Assembly (NCBI GenBank): GCA_963674705.1
Contig: OY771506.1
Coordinates: 2,304,001 to 2,368,000, forward strand
DNA from: Phycisphaeraceae bacterium
GTDB taxonomy: Bacteria; Planctomycetota; Phycisphaerae; Phycisphaerales; Phycisphaeraceae
Reading direction: 5' to 3'
Length of the DNA stretch: 64,000 nucleotides
Shown: piece by piece, positions 48,864 to 58,143 of the stretch
Numbering within the stretch: position 1 is the first letter of the stretch
Layout: the number at the start of each line of letters is the position of its first letter
Made by a program: the position numbers and the translations under genes
The notes under the pieces: model-generated
What the model was told of the DNA's origin: nothing
The model's database searches: none
What the model saw: only the letters and a program-made list of their open reading frames with translations

Positions 48864-49853
48864 ATGTTCCGATCACTTTTCGCAGCCGTATCTGTTGTTG
48901 CACTTTCTCAACCCGCATTTGCGACGATCACGATTGATGTTGATACCACCACCACGACCGGTATGGTCGCCAACGATCTGCTGGTCACCACGACGAACAA
49001 GTGGTTTGGCGCCCAGATCGTGGTGGATCTGACACAGGGATCGGTGATCAATCTCCTACCTACGTCCGGCGGGATTGATACAGCCCCCATAATCAATCTG
49101 CCCACTTTTGACTTCGATACCTACATCGGTCGAATCGGAACCACGACCGAGCCGATGGGTGGCGCGGTCGAGTTGGGTGGGGGTGATTTTGATCTGATGG
49201 GCCCCAGCAGTATCAGCGCCTCCTGGTATGAGAAAAGCTCAACCGGGCCTATCTCAAATGCCAGCGTTGGCCAGTTCGTTTTTAGCGACGACGCCCAAGG
49301 CACCTGGTCGCTGGGTGTGCTTGAAACAGACACCTATCAAGTCAAATACTTAGGTGGCACTATTCAAGACGGCGTGCTGCGCGCCGACTTTAATCCCGGG
49401 GATATCAACCTCGACAACTACGTCGGGCTTGAAGATTTAGACTTCATTCTGGATTATTGGAATACGATCCCGGGTGATCACCCAACGATTTACCCACCGC
49501 TCGGTGATTACATCGGGCTTGATGACCTTGACGTTGTCCTCAACAATTGGAATGCGGGTGAACTTCAGATGCCTTGGGACCTACCGCAAGAACTGCCGGG
49601 TGATCTGAACGGTGATGGTTTTGTCGCACTAGATGATGTGGATATCATCTTACAACATCACTACCGGTACGTGACGCCGGGCGATTTATTGTCCGGTGAC
49701 GCCTCCGGCGATGGCTTTGTCGGGATGGATGACTACAACATCGTCCTCGCTCATTGGAATTCCGGCAGCCCGCCAATCACTGTCGTACCCGAGCCGGCTT
49801 CACTTGCAATATTGCTGGCTGGTGGGCTTGTATTCTGTAAACGCAAAGTCTGA
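48864..49853 (+). CDS. PEP-CTERM protein with dockerin-like Ca-binding repeats
   Basis: Signal peptide; about four GD.N.DG.VG..D....L..WN-type repeats; VPEPAS-TM-KRK tail. Confidence 0.85.
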   Translation: MFRSLFAAVSVVALSQPAFATITIDVDTTTTTGMVANDLLVTTTNKWFGAQIVVDLTQGSVINLLPTSGGIDTAPIINLPTFDFDTYIGRIGTTTEPMGGAVELGGGDFDLMGPSSISASWYEKSSTGPISNASVGQFVFSDDAQGTWSLGVLETDTYQVKYLGGTIQDGVLRADFNPGDINLDNYVGLEDLDFILDYWNTIPGDHPTIYPPLGDYIGLDDLDVVLNNWNAGELQMPWDLPQELPGDLNGDGFVALDDVDIILQHHYRYVTPGDLLSGDASGDGFVGMDDYNIVLAHWNSGSPPITVVPEPASLAILLAGGLVFCKRKV

Positions 49854-49886
49854 GCCGATCCAAAATCACGCTATGCTGTAGCGTGT

Positions 49887-50741
49887 ATGGCCCAAACCCT
49901 TAACGACATCAAGAACCTGCTCGCCGCGCACGGCCTGCATCCGAAAAAACGTTTCGGGCAGAACTTCCTGCATGATGGCAACCACATGCAGCGCATTATG
50001 CAGGCCGCCGACATCAGGCCCGGCCAGCTTGTTCTTGAAGTCGGCCCAGGCACCGGCGCGCTCACCGAACGCCTGCTCGAAGCCGGCGCAGATGTTCTTG
50101 CCGTCGAAATAGATGAAGATATGCAACCGATCCTGCAAGAGCGAACAAAACCTTACGCCGACCACTTCCGGTTACACCTCGGCGACATCCTCGAATCCAA
50201 ACACACTCTCAACCCCGACGTCATCGAACTACTTGAATCATTTTTTCCCGATACCCGATACCCGACACCCGATACCCGATCCTACAAACTCATCGCCAAC
50301 CTTCCTTACAACATCGCTTCACCATTGCTTATCAATCTCGCGGTCGATCACCTGCAGATGACGACTGCCATCATCATGGTCCAGCGCGAAGTTGCCGACC
50401 GGATTACGGCTAAGTCAGGCGGTAAAGACTACGGCCCGCTCAGCGTGATTCTCCAGGCCATGTGTGAGGTCGACATCGTCGGCACGCTTTCGCCCGCATG
50501 CTTCTGGCCCGCGCCGAAAGTCGCTTCCGCGGTCGTTCGGATGATAAGACGGGCAAACCCGCTGACGGATGATCCCGGCAAACTCAGCAATCTACTGCAA
50601 AAACTCTTCCAGAAACGCCGCAAACAGCTCGGAGCGATCCTCGGCCGAGATACCGCGTTACCCGAGGGCATCGATCCCAATGCCCGGCCGGAATCGCTTT
50701 CCGTGGAACAGTTTTCAGTGCTCGCCGGTTATTTGGGTTGA
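49887..50741 (+). CDS. rsmA: 16S rRNA m6,2A dimethyltransferase
   Basis: KKRFGQNFL, LEVGPGTGALT, ANLPYNI, MVQREVA.R and F.P.PKV.S motifs. Confidence 0.95.
   Translation: MAQTLNDIKNLLAAHGLHPKKRFGQNFLHDGNHMQRIMQAADIRPGQLVLEVGPGTGALTERLLEAGADVLAVEIDEDMQPILQERTKPYADHFRLHLGDILESKHTLNPDVIELLESFFPDTRYPTPDTRSYKLIANLPYNIASPLLINLAVDHLQMTTAIIMVQREVADRITAKSGGKDYGPLSVILQAMCEVDIVGTLSPACFWPAPKVASAVVRMIRRANPLTDDPGKLSNLLQKLFQKRRKQLGAILGRDTALPEGIDPNARPESLSVEQFSVLAGYLG
50247..50281 (+). repeat. (CCCGATA)-type heptamer x5 inside rsmA
   Basis: CCCGATA CCCGATA CCCGACA CCCGATA CCCGATC, translated in frame as PDTRYPTPDTRS. Confidence 0.9.
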
Positions 50742-50801
50742 TCGGCGGCGGCGGGTCGCCTACCTTTAAATGCTTGGCCCAAACCTCCACGAGGACACCG
50801 T

Positions 50802-51548
50802 ATGCTCGTATGCAATGACCAGCCGCGAATCATCGTCACCATCCCGGTTTACAACGAACAGAAGTACGTCAATCGCGTGTTGGAAAAGGTCCGCGACTAC
50901 GCTGAGCACATCCTCGTGATCGATGACGGCTCAACCGACGACACGCCGACGCTGCTCGCCAAACAACCTGTCGACGTCATCCGCCACGCTGAAAACCGCG
51001 GCTACGGCCGTTCGATCCGCGACGCCTTCCGACACGCACAGTGCTACAAGTACGATTGGCTGATCACGATGGATTGCGACGAGCAGCACGAACCGGAAAG
51101 CCTGCCCGACTTTTACGAAGCCATCAAACAGGATGATGCCGACATCATCTCCGGCAGCCGATACCTGGGATGCGAAGGTTGTGGAGACCCGCCGCCGGAA
51201 GATCGTCGCGCGATCAACACTCAAATCACCGGAATGATCAACCGCTGCCTCGGCCTTGAGCTTACCGATGCGTTTTGCGGGTACAAAGCCTATCGCGTCT
51301 CCACGCTCAAGTACATGCACATCGACGAGACCGGTTACGCGGTACCGCTGCAGGCCTGGGTCATGGCCGCCGCCGCCGACCTGCGCATCAAGGAGATACC
51401 GATCAACCTGATCTACAACGATCCGAATCGCAGTTTTGGCGGACCGCTCGATGATGCGGATCATCGGCTTCAACATTACAAGGAAGTCTTCCGAACCGAA
51501 TTGGCCAAGCACCCCGACAAGTTCGCCCCCTGTACCGCTTCGGTATGA
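50802..51548 (+). CDS. GT2-family glycosyltransferase (DPM-synthase-like)
   Basis: IPVYNE, IDDGSTD, NRGYG, DCDEQH, SGSRY and TDAFCGYKAY motifs. Confidence 0.88.
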   Translation: MLVCNDQPRIIVTIPVYNEQKYVNRVLEKVRDYAEHILVIDDGSTDDTPTLLAKQPVDVIRHAENRGYGRSIRDAFRHAQCYKYDWLITMDCDEQHEPESLPDFYEAIKQDDADIISGSRYLGCEGCGDPPPEDRRAINTQITGMINRCLGLELTDAFCGYKAYRVSTLKYMHIDETGYAVPLQAWVMAAAADLRIKEIPINLIYNDPNRSFGGPLDDADHRLQHYKEVFRTELAKHPDKFAPCTASV

Positions 51549-52930
51549 GTTATCCCGATCCCAGCGCGCGTGTTGAACCGGCGATCGATCGATGGTCGCT
51601 CGGGGATCATGCACACGATCTTGGAGAACTCATCCAACGCATCAATCAACGCGCTGAACGCTTGGGCACCGCGACCTTACCCGATCAACCTACGCCACTG
51701 ATCGCGACCGGCCACCAGGCTCAACTCTGGCACCCCGGCATCCTCGCTAAAGATGTCGCGATGTCTATCGCCGCACAGCGATACAAAACACGCAAACTGC
51801 ACATCATCGTCGATCAGGACACCAACGAAGCCTGGCGGTTGGAAGTTCCGCACATCGAACAACAACGCCTACAAGTCAGCGCCTTGTTCCTTGCCAATCA
51901 GAAGCAGGATGTACCCACCGGTTTTCAGGCGCCGGCCGATCCCCAAGTTATCCAGAATCAACTCGTCACGGTCGATTCGCCATACACCGATCTGCTTAAA
52001 CAAGTGCTCGCCGATATGCCGGTTTGCAGCAGTCTCGCTGAACAGATCGCGGTGGTTTTGCACCGTCTTAAACAGCCATACGTCGGCAACGTCCCCGTGA
52101 TGTTTGTCAGCGATCTTGCAGGTTTGCCCGCCTACAAATCGATTGTTAATCGTATGCTTAACGATGCCGCCAATTGTGCTGACGCATACAACCGGGCGGT
52201 TTACCGGATACCCGAAGCAGGTATGACACCGCTGATCTTTAGCCGTGAACTCGTTGAGTTGCCTTTGTGGGCGGTGTGTTGGAACCAGCCACGCCGGCGC
52301 GTGTTCGCCGACCTTGCAGACTCCGAACCGATATTTGTTTTTGAGAACGGTGAACTTGTTGACCGCGATACCTATACCTTGTTGCCGCGTGCGCTATTGC
52401 TCACAGCCGTGATGCGCAGCAGCCTGTGTGATCTATTCATCCACGGCACGGGCGGCCTGACCTACGACATGATCACCGAGCGATGGTGGGAAAGCTGGAC
52501 AGGTAAATCCCTCTCGCCCATGGCGGGTGCTACCGCGAATCTCTATCTCGATCTGGACGTTCCCGTCGCCGACCGCGCCCAAGTCGATCGCGCTGTCTGG
52601 CATCACCATCACCTGCCCTGCAATATCGACCGCGAACTGAACCTCGATAACGAAGCGACACGTGAAAAGCGCGAATTACTCGTCCACATGAACGACGACC
52701 GCGATCGCGACCGCCGACGCAACGCCTTCAAACGCATCCACCAGCTCAATCAACAGCTTGCAGAGCAAAACCCCGGCGTGATCGAAAGCGCACAGCAAGA
52801 ACTCAATCGTGCCAGACTGGGCCTGCAAAACGCCCGGATCGCCCGCAAACGCGACTGGTGCTTTGCTCTCTACCCGCCCCAGAATCTGCATCATCTTTAC
52901 ACGTTGATCGCCAACCATCCGGTACAATAG
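51545..52930 (+). CDS. Conserved hypothetical protein, possibly BshC-like ligase fold
   Basis: ATGHQ...HPGI.AK and FIHGTGG..YD motifs plus a C-terminal coiled coil; ATGA overlap with the GT2 gene. Confidence 0.55.
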   Translation: MSYPDPSARVEPAIDRWSLGDHAHDLGELIQRINQRAERLGTATLPDQPTPLIATGHQAQLWHPGILAKDVAMSIAAQRYKTRKLHIIVDQDTNEAWRLEVPHIEQQRLQVSALFLANQKQDVPTGFQAPADPQVIQNQLVTVDSPYTDLLKQVLADMPVCSSLAEQIAVVLHRLKQPYVGNVPVMFVSDLAGLPAYKSIVNRMLNDAANCADAYNRAVYRIPEAGMTPLIFSRELVELPLWAVCWNQPRRRVFADLADSEPIFVFENGELVDRDTYTLLPRALLLTAVMRSSLCDLFIHGTGGLTYDMITERWWESWTGKSLSPMAGATANLYLDLDVPVADRAQVDRAVWHHHHLPCNIDRELNLDNEATREKRELLVHMNDDRDRDRRRNAFKRIHQLNQQLAEQNPGVIESAQQELNRARLGLQNARIARKRDWCFALYPPQNLHHLYTLIANHPVQ

Positions 52931-52935
52931 CCCAC

Positions 52936-54462
52936 ATGAACAAGACCCACACAATCGTTGCGGTGCTTACGACGCTGCTGTGTCTGTTTGCTTCACCGGC
53001 CAGGACCTGCGCCCAGGATCAGGCCACTACCAACTTCGATCGCTGGTATGTGCTTGAGATCTCAGAGCAACGCGCCGGTTACATGCATGTCACCGAGCGC
53101 CAAAAAGAAGATCGGATCATCACGCAGACGGATATGCAGGTCACCGTCAAGCGTGGCGATGCGGCCATTACGATCTCGGTTGATTCCTGGTTCGTCGAAA
53201 CCGCCGAGGGCAAACCCGTCGAGGCTTCGTCAAGCATGAAACCGGGCGGGATGGCTATCGTTCAGCACATTAAGTTCAACGATGATGGTGTCGAGATCAC
53301 GACCGGGCAAGGCGCGGGCAAACGCACCACCACGCAACCGCTGCCCGATGAGAAGTTCCTCCCGCCCGCCGCCGCTCAACGTGTAATCGAAGCCGCTATC
53401 GATCGAGGTGATCAGGAAGTCTCCGTCGGTATGCTCGATACCAGCATGGGCCTGAACCCCCTGATGATGAACGCGAAAGTCGTCGGCAAGGAGAATGTCG
53501 AAGTTTTCGGCAAAGTCGTTCCCGCTATCGTTTGGGAAGCCACCATGTCGAACATGCCCGGCATCGCAGTGAAAGAGTTTGTGGATGAACACGGCAGGGC
53601 GGTAAAAACAACCGTGCAGATCATGCCCGGCATGGACATGGTCGTCGTCGAAGCGGATGAACAACTCGCCAAAGCGAAAATCGATCCGCCTCGCATCATG
53701 GCCCAGACACTGCTGCGGCCGGATAAGCCGATCCCACACGCGCGCCAGTCGCGCAACGCGATCTACAAGATCCGGATCAAAGGCAACGGCGACACACCTA
53801 TCAATTTCCCACGCACCGGTTATCAGCGCGTCGTCTGGAACGACAAGACCACCGCGTCGGTTATTGTTGATCTGGATGAACCCGTGAATGTCATCGACGA
53901 TCTGCCGACGGATGACGACCTTGAGTCATCCGAGATGATTGATTTTGAGAGTGATGCTGTGCGTGATTTGCTGCAGGTGGGTATGGCCGGCATCAACAAA
54001 AAAGATGAACCTGATTATGAGACCGCCAGCCGGCTCCGCGCGTTTGTACACAAGTACATTCAGGAGAAGGACCTGTCTTTCGGCCTCGCCCGCGCCAGCC
54101 AGATTGCGCAGACCGCGCAAGGCGACTGCACCGAACACGCGGTGCTCCTTACCGCACTCTTGCGGGCCGAGGGGATCCCCGCACGCACGGTGACGGGCCT
54201 TCTGTATGTAGATGAATTTCTCGGCCAGCAGGGCGTCTTCGGCTACCACATGTGGTCGCAAGCCTGGCTCACCGACACCGAGCAGGGACCCGAAGGCGGA
54301 CGCTGGGTCGACCTCGATGCGGTCCTCGGTGATCGAGACTTCGACGCCGTGCACATCACGCTGTCCGTTTCTTCCATGGCCGATGGCAAGCTGCTCAACG
54401 ACATGGTCGATATGCTGCCCACCTTCGGACGTATGGATATTCACGTCCAACACAGCGAATGA
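52936..54462 (+). CDS. Secreted transglutaminase-like domain protein
   Basis: Signal peptide; GDCTEHAVLL.AL.RA.GIPAR, YHMW and WVDLDA (Cys-His-Asp triad). Confidence 0.87.
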   Translation: MNKTHTIVAVLTTLLCLFASPARTCAQDQATTNFDRWYVLEISEQRAGYMHVTERQKEDRIITQTDMQVTVKRGDAAITISVDSWFVETAEGKPVEASSSMKPGGMAIVQHIKFNDDGVEITTGQGAGKRTTTQPLPDEKFLPPAAAQRVIEAAIDRGDQEVSVGMLDTSMGLNPLMMNAKVVGKENVEVFGKVVPAIVWEATMSNMPGIAVKEFVDEHGRAVKTTVQIMPGMDMVVVEADEQLAKAKIDPPRIMAQTLLRPDKPIPHARQSRNAIYKIRIKGNGDTPINFPRTGYQRVVWNDKTTASVIVDLDEPVNVIDDLPTDDDLESSEMIDFESDAVRDLLQVGMAGINKKDEPDYETASRLRAFVHKYIQEKDLSFGLARASQIAQTAQGDCTEHAVLLTALLRAEGIPARTVTGLLYVDEFLGQQGVFGYHMWSQAWLTDTEQGPEGGRWVDLDAVLGDRDFDAVHITLSVSSMADGKLLNDMVDMLPTFGRMDIHVQHSE

Positions 54463-54622
54463 ATCGGGTGCTGGCCGCAGCGGTGACCGATTTGGGGATC
54501 GGTACGAGGGGATGTGCGTTGCGGCAAGACCGTGCTAGCATGTCCCGGAGTACCTGGCCAGGGTCGCCCCGGAAACCGACCCGAACCGGTGGATTAAGAA
54601 TACGGTGGCCTCCAACCAATCA

Positions 54623-54640
54623 GTGCCATATGTATGGCAC
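54623..54640. promoter_or_regulatory. Palindromic operator-like site GTGCCA-N6-TGGCAC
   Basis: GTGCCATA-TG-TATGGCAC (8-bp arms), flanked by AACCAAT/ATTGGTT, 47 bp upstream of larB. Confidence 0.5.
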
Positions 54641-54687
54641 CGACGGCCAAATTGGTTTGTGAAATATACAAAAAGTTATTACTGCTT

Positions 54688-55488
54688 ATGTCAGATGCAC
54701 TTCAAGACATCCTCGTCCGCTACCAACAAGGCGAATTGACGCCCGAACAGGCCCGGCAAGCGATCCTGGCACAGCGTTCGGAGTCGCTGGGTTTTGCCAC
54801 GGTAGACCATGATCGCCGCCGTCGTTGTGGTTTTGCTGAGGTGGTCTACGCCGCAGGCAAGAGCTCTGACGAACTGGTCGCGATCATCAACTCGATCCTC
54901 GAGCGTGAGTCCTGTGTACTGGTGACACGCACTGACGAGCAGCATGTTCAGGCAGTCAAGCGTGCCCTTGCCGAGAAGCCGATCGAAGTTGGCACACGTG
55001 GCCGCACGCTCATCGTCGGCTCAGCCCCCGCTCCCGCCGAGGGATTGGCCGAGATCCCAATCATCACCGCCGGCACGAGCGACCTGCCTGTGGCTGAAGA
55101 AGCCCTGCTGACCTGCAAAGCCTTGGGACACCCCGCCGTGTCAGTGAATGATGTCGGCGTAGCCGGCTTGCACCGGATCGAGCCGCACCTGCCCATGTTC
55201 CGCCGGGCACGCGTTTTGATCTGTATCGCAGGGATGGAAGGGGCGCTACCCAGCGTGATCGGCGGTTTGGTAGAAGCGCCTGTGATAGCCGTGCCCACCA
55301 GCGTCGGCTACGGCGCGTCCTTCGGCGGGGTCACGGCGCTACTTTCCATGCTCACAAGCTGCGCCTCCGGCGTTACCGTCGTCAACATCGACAACGGCTT
55401 CGGCGCTGCCTACAACGCCTGTCTCATCAACCGCATGGCTGCCGGCTCCCACAACCACCATCCACCGCACGAACACCACGAATCATGA
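54688..55488 (+). CDS. larB: Nickel-pincer cofactor biosynthesis protein LarB (PurE-like)
   Basis: FA.VDHDR..RCGFAEV, AGTSDLPVAEEA, DVGVAGLHR, AGMEGALPSV, PTSVGYGA and VNIDNGFGAA motifs. Confidence 0.92.
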   Translation: MSDALQDILVRYQQGELTPEQARQAILAQRSESLGFATVDHDRRRRCGFAEVVYAAGKSSDELVAIINSILERESCVLVTRTDEQHVQAVKRALAEKPIEVGTRGRTLIVGSAPAPAEGLAEIPIITAGTSDLPVAEEALLTCKALGHPAVSVNDVGVAGLHRIEPHLPMFRRARVLICIAGMEGALPSVIGGLVEAPVIAVPTSVGYGASFGGVTALLSMLTSCASGVTVVNIDNGFGAAYNACLINRMAAGSHNHHPPHEHHES

Positions 55489-56357
55489 GCGACCTGATTA
55501 CCATTGACAAAGTCCCCGACGCGCCCGATCGCCCGCTGGATGCCCACAAGGGCACCTTCGCCGCCATCATCGTCGTCGGCGGATGTCAGACGATGATCGG
55601 GGCGCCCGCGCTCTGCGCACGAGCCGCGTTCCGATCCGGTGCAGGATTGGTAAAAATCGCAACATCATCTGACGTGCTGCCACACACGTTGACAATCGAA
55701 CCCAGCGCGACAGGCATCCTCCTCGATACCGATGACTGGTCTAAAACGATTCGCGAATCAGACCCTGATGGCAAAGCAGTACTCGCTGTCGGGCCGGGGA
55801 TGGGGCTGGCCGCAGGGAATCAGCAGCGCGTGGTATCGCTGCTTCAACTCAATCGGCCGACGGTCCTCGACGCCGATGGTTTAAACCTGCTTGCTAAGAC
55901 CGCTAAGCCCTGCCCGGATCGAAACAATGCGCCGCTGATCCTCACGCCGCATCCCGGCGAGTTCGCGCGATTGGCTGAACCCCTGGGCATCGATGAATCA
56001 CCAACCCATCCCGACTCGCGCCCACAAGCGGCGGCCAAACTTGCTCGAGCACATCAAGCCGTCGTATTACTAAAAGGGAAAAACACCGTTGTGACAGACG
56101 GCAAACACGTCTACATCAATGACACAGGCAATCCCGCGCTGGCGACCGCAGGCAGCGGGGATATCCTCACCGGGCTCATCGCGGCTCTGCTCGCACAACA
56201 CATGCCCGCTTTAGACGCAGCGATACTCGGCGCATACCTCCACGGCTACGCGGCCGACCAGTGGGCCCATGAATACAGCCCGCGCGGCCTGCGTGCTCAG
56301 GAACTCGCCGATCAACTTACCTCAGCTATTTATTTACACCAACTGCCGCCGTTTTAA
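55485..56357 (+). CDS. nnrD: ADP/ATP-dependent NAD(P)H-hydrate dehydratase (stand-alone)
   Basis: HKG, RSGAGLV, GPGMG, LDADGLN, LTPHPGEF.RL and GNPALATAGSGD.L.G motifs. Confidence 0.9.
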   Translation: MSDLITIDKVPDAPDRPLDAHKGTFAAIIVVGGCQTMIGAPALCARAAFRSGAGLVKIATSSDVLPHTLTIEPSATGILLDTDDWSKTIRESDPDGKAVLAVGPGMGLAAGNQQRVVSLLQLNRPTVLDADGLNLLAKTAKPCPDRNNAPLILTPHPGEFARLAEPLGIDESPTHPDSRPQAAAKLARAHQAVVLLKGKNTVVTDGKHVYINDTGNPALATAGSGDILTGLIAALLAQHMPALDAAILGAYLHGYAADQWAHEYSPRGLRAQELADQLTSAIYLHQLPPF

Positions 56358-56372
56358 GAAAAGATGAGATTT

Positions 56373-57431
56373 TTATTTGTGGGGTTCGGCGGCATCTACA
56401 GAAGATTTTTGATTCTTTACGTGGGGTTTTGGAACCTCTAACTTGGACATGATCTCAGTCGATCCCGGGTCTTGATATCGCATCAGAGCCTTGCGGTGCA
56501 TCTGCTCAACTTTGTCTCGCAGTTCCGGGGGTTTCAGGACCAATACCTGGTCGGCGTAACCGCATATCCACCACGCGATCTCATTAAGACCGTCAACCTT
56601 AAACGTCATCCGGCACCGGCCGTCCTTGAGGATCTCGTGTTCTTGACTGGCGTGCCAGCGCACCTCGCTGACGTTCGTCGCGACCTTCTTGCTGAATTCC
56701 AGCAAGACCTCGTATTCCTTGCCCTCGGGTATCAGACGCCAGGCCGATCCGAGTTTGTCTTCGGCTTTGAAGTTCTTTGGCCGCTCGAATGCTTCGTCCG
56801 TTATCTCCAGTTCATTAATCCGTGTCAGCTTGAACATGCGAACATCGTCATGCACATCCGTGTAGCCCAGCACATACCAGGCGCGGTTAACGAAGTGCAG
56901 AAGATACGGATTGAGCACGGCATGAGTATCGTCCTGATCCACCGGACTGCGGTAAACCACTCGGCAACTGCGCCCTTCATCTATCGCACGTTGCAGCAGC
57001 ATGTGATAACGCATTTCCTTGTCGCCGATCGGTTGTGCGTCCGGCGCCACTGAGACATTGGACATTAATTCCTGACACACGTCGCGGATAGGGTTCGGCA
57101 CAGTCGAGATCAGTTTATAAATAGCCGACAGTGCAGAGCCGACCATCGGTCTTTCTCGCTGAGCGATCGCGGCCTTGGCGAACATCATCAGCCCTAGTGT
57201 CTCCGGCACGGTCAGGTTGATAGGCGGTAAATGAAAACGTTTATCCAGCCGGTAACCCAAACTGCGTTCGTGTTTGTAGGGGAAGCCGGCCTCTTCGAGT
57301 GTGCGCAGGTCCCGGAACAGGGTACGGCGACTGACATCCAAATCTTTCATCAACGATTCGGTGGTGTTGGGTTCATCGCGTTGAAGTACCGCGATAAGCC
57401 GCAACAGTCTTTGGATGCGTTCGGCCGGCAT
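56373..57431 (-). CDS. wHTH-WYL-WCX transcriptional regulator (YafY/PafBC/DriD-like)
   Basis: N-terminal VSRRTLFRDL..L winged HTH; PY.L...AWYVLG and RMFKLTRI WYL motifs; C-terminal W..G....V.V..P.ELR. Confidence 0.9.
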   Translation of the reverse strand: MPAERIQRLLRLIAVLQRDEPNTTESLMKDLDVSRRTLFRDLRTLEEAGFPYKHERSLGYRLDKRFHLPPINLTVPETLGLMMFAKAAIAQRERPMVGSALSAIYKLISTVPNPIRDVCQELMSNVSVAPDAQPIGDKEMRYHMLLQRAIDEGRSCRVVYRSPVDQDDTHAVLNPYLLHFVNRAWYVLGYTDVHDDVRMFKLTRINELEITDEAFERPKNFKAEDKLGSAWRLIPEGKEYEVLLEFSKKVATNVSEVRWHASQEHEILKDGRCRMTFKVDGLNEIAWWICGYADQVLVLKPPELRDKVEQMHRKALMRYQDPGSTEIMSKLEVPKPHVKNQKSSVDAAEPHK

Positions 57432-57548
57432 GATTGAATATTGTAAAGTTCAACCACGATAATCCACAAGTTATTTAACTTGTTAAGTTCAAAATTGTGT
57501 TATTTTTATTCTAAAATTTAGAACGAGTCGTATTAACTAACAAACTAC

Positions 57549-58061
57549 TTATTTGTCAGATGTGAACCCTGAAACACGTAACATTTCCATGAGTTGTCCG
57601 GTGAAAACGAAGTTGTGTTCCGGGAAGGCCAGCCCCGCCATGTTGTGATCGATGTGGCTGAACATCAAAGTGATCTCGGCTAATGGGCTAGCCTCTTGCG
57701 TGTGCGGATCAATCAATTCGCACACGCCTTGGGTTGAGGCACCCGCTTTCGAATAATTATCCATTTCCGCAGTAAATCGGATGCTATAACCCGGACGCGC
57801 AGCGTTATAGAATTCTGCCTTGGTAATTTTGGCAAGAATGACTTTTTCTTTGAAGTCCCCTGCATGCCCGACCATGATCCCCGCCGTCTGCGCCATGCCC
57901 TCGATGATCAATGGATTAGGCAACACGGGCATCGCCGGCCGATCCCCTTCAGCCGGGAAGTGGTCATGCAACACCTCTTCGGCCGCGCTGACGTTCTTGA
58001 TCGTCACGCACCGCTTGCCGCGCTCCAACTCGAGAATACGGTCTATCCAGATCCAGCGCAT
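57549..58061 (-). CDS. FabZ-like 3-hydroxyacyl-ACP dehydratase
   Basis: MRWIWIDRI, KNVSAAE, DHFP and LIIEGMAQTAG motifs. Confidence 0.85.
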   Translation of the reverse strand: MRWIWIDRILELERGKRCVTIKNVSAAEEVLHDHFPAEGDRPAMPVLPNPLIIEGMAQTAGIMVGHAGDFKEKVILAKITKAEFYNAARPGYSIRFTAEMDNYSKAGASTQGVCELIDPHTQEASPLAEITLMFSHIDHNMAGLAFPEHNFVFTGQLMEMLRVSGFTSDK

Positions 58062-58138
58062 GGGTATCGGGTATCGGGATTCGGGATTCGGGTATCGGGA
58101 AGACATCTCTGCCGAAACCCGATACCCGATACCCGATC
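58062..58138. repeat. Inverted heptamer arrays (GGGTATC/GGGATTC)5 and (CCGATAC)-type x4
   Basis: Fills the acp-fabZ intergenic space; on the coding strand it ends CCC-ATG. Confidence 0.9.
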
Positions 58139-58143
58139 CACGA

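Noticed and set aside
56373..57431. WYL gene as a marker of a defence island
   Set aside because: Its neighbours are metabolic genes; no restriction, BREX, CBASS or toxin genes are present.
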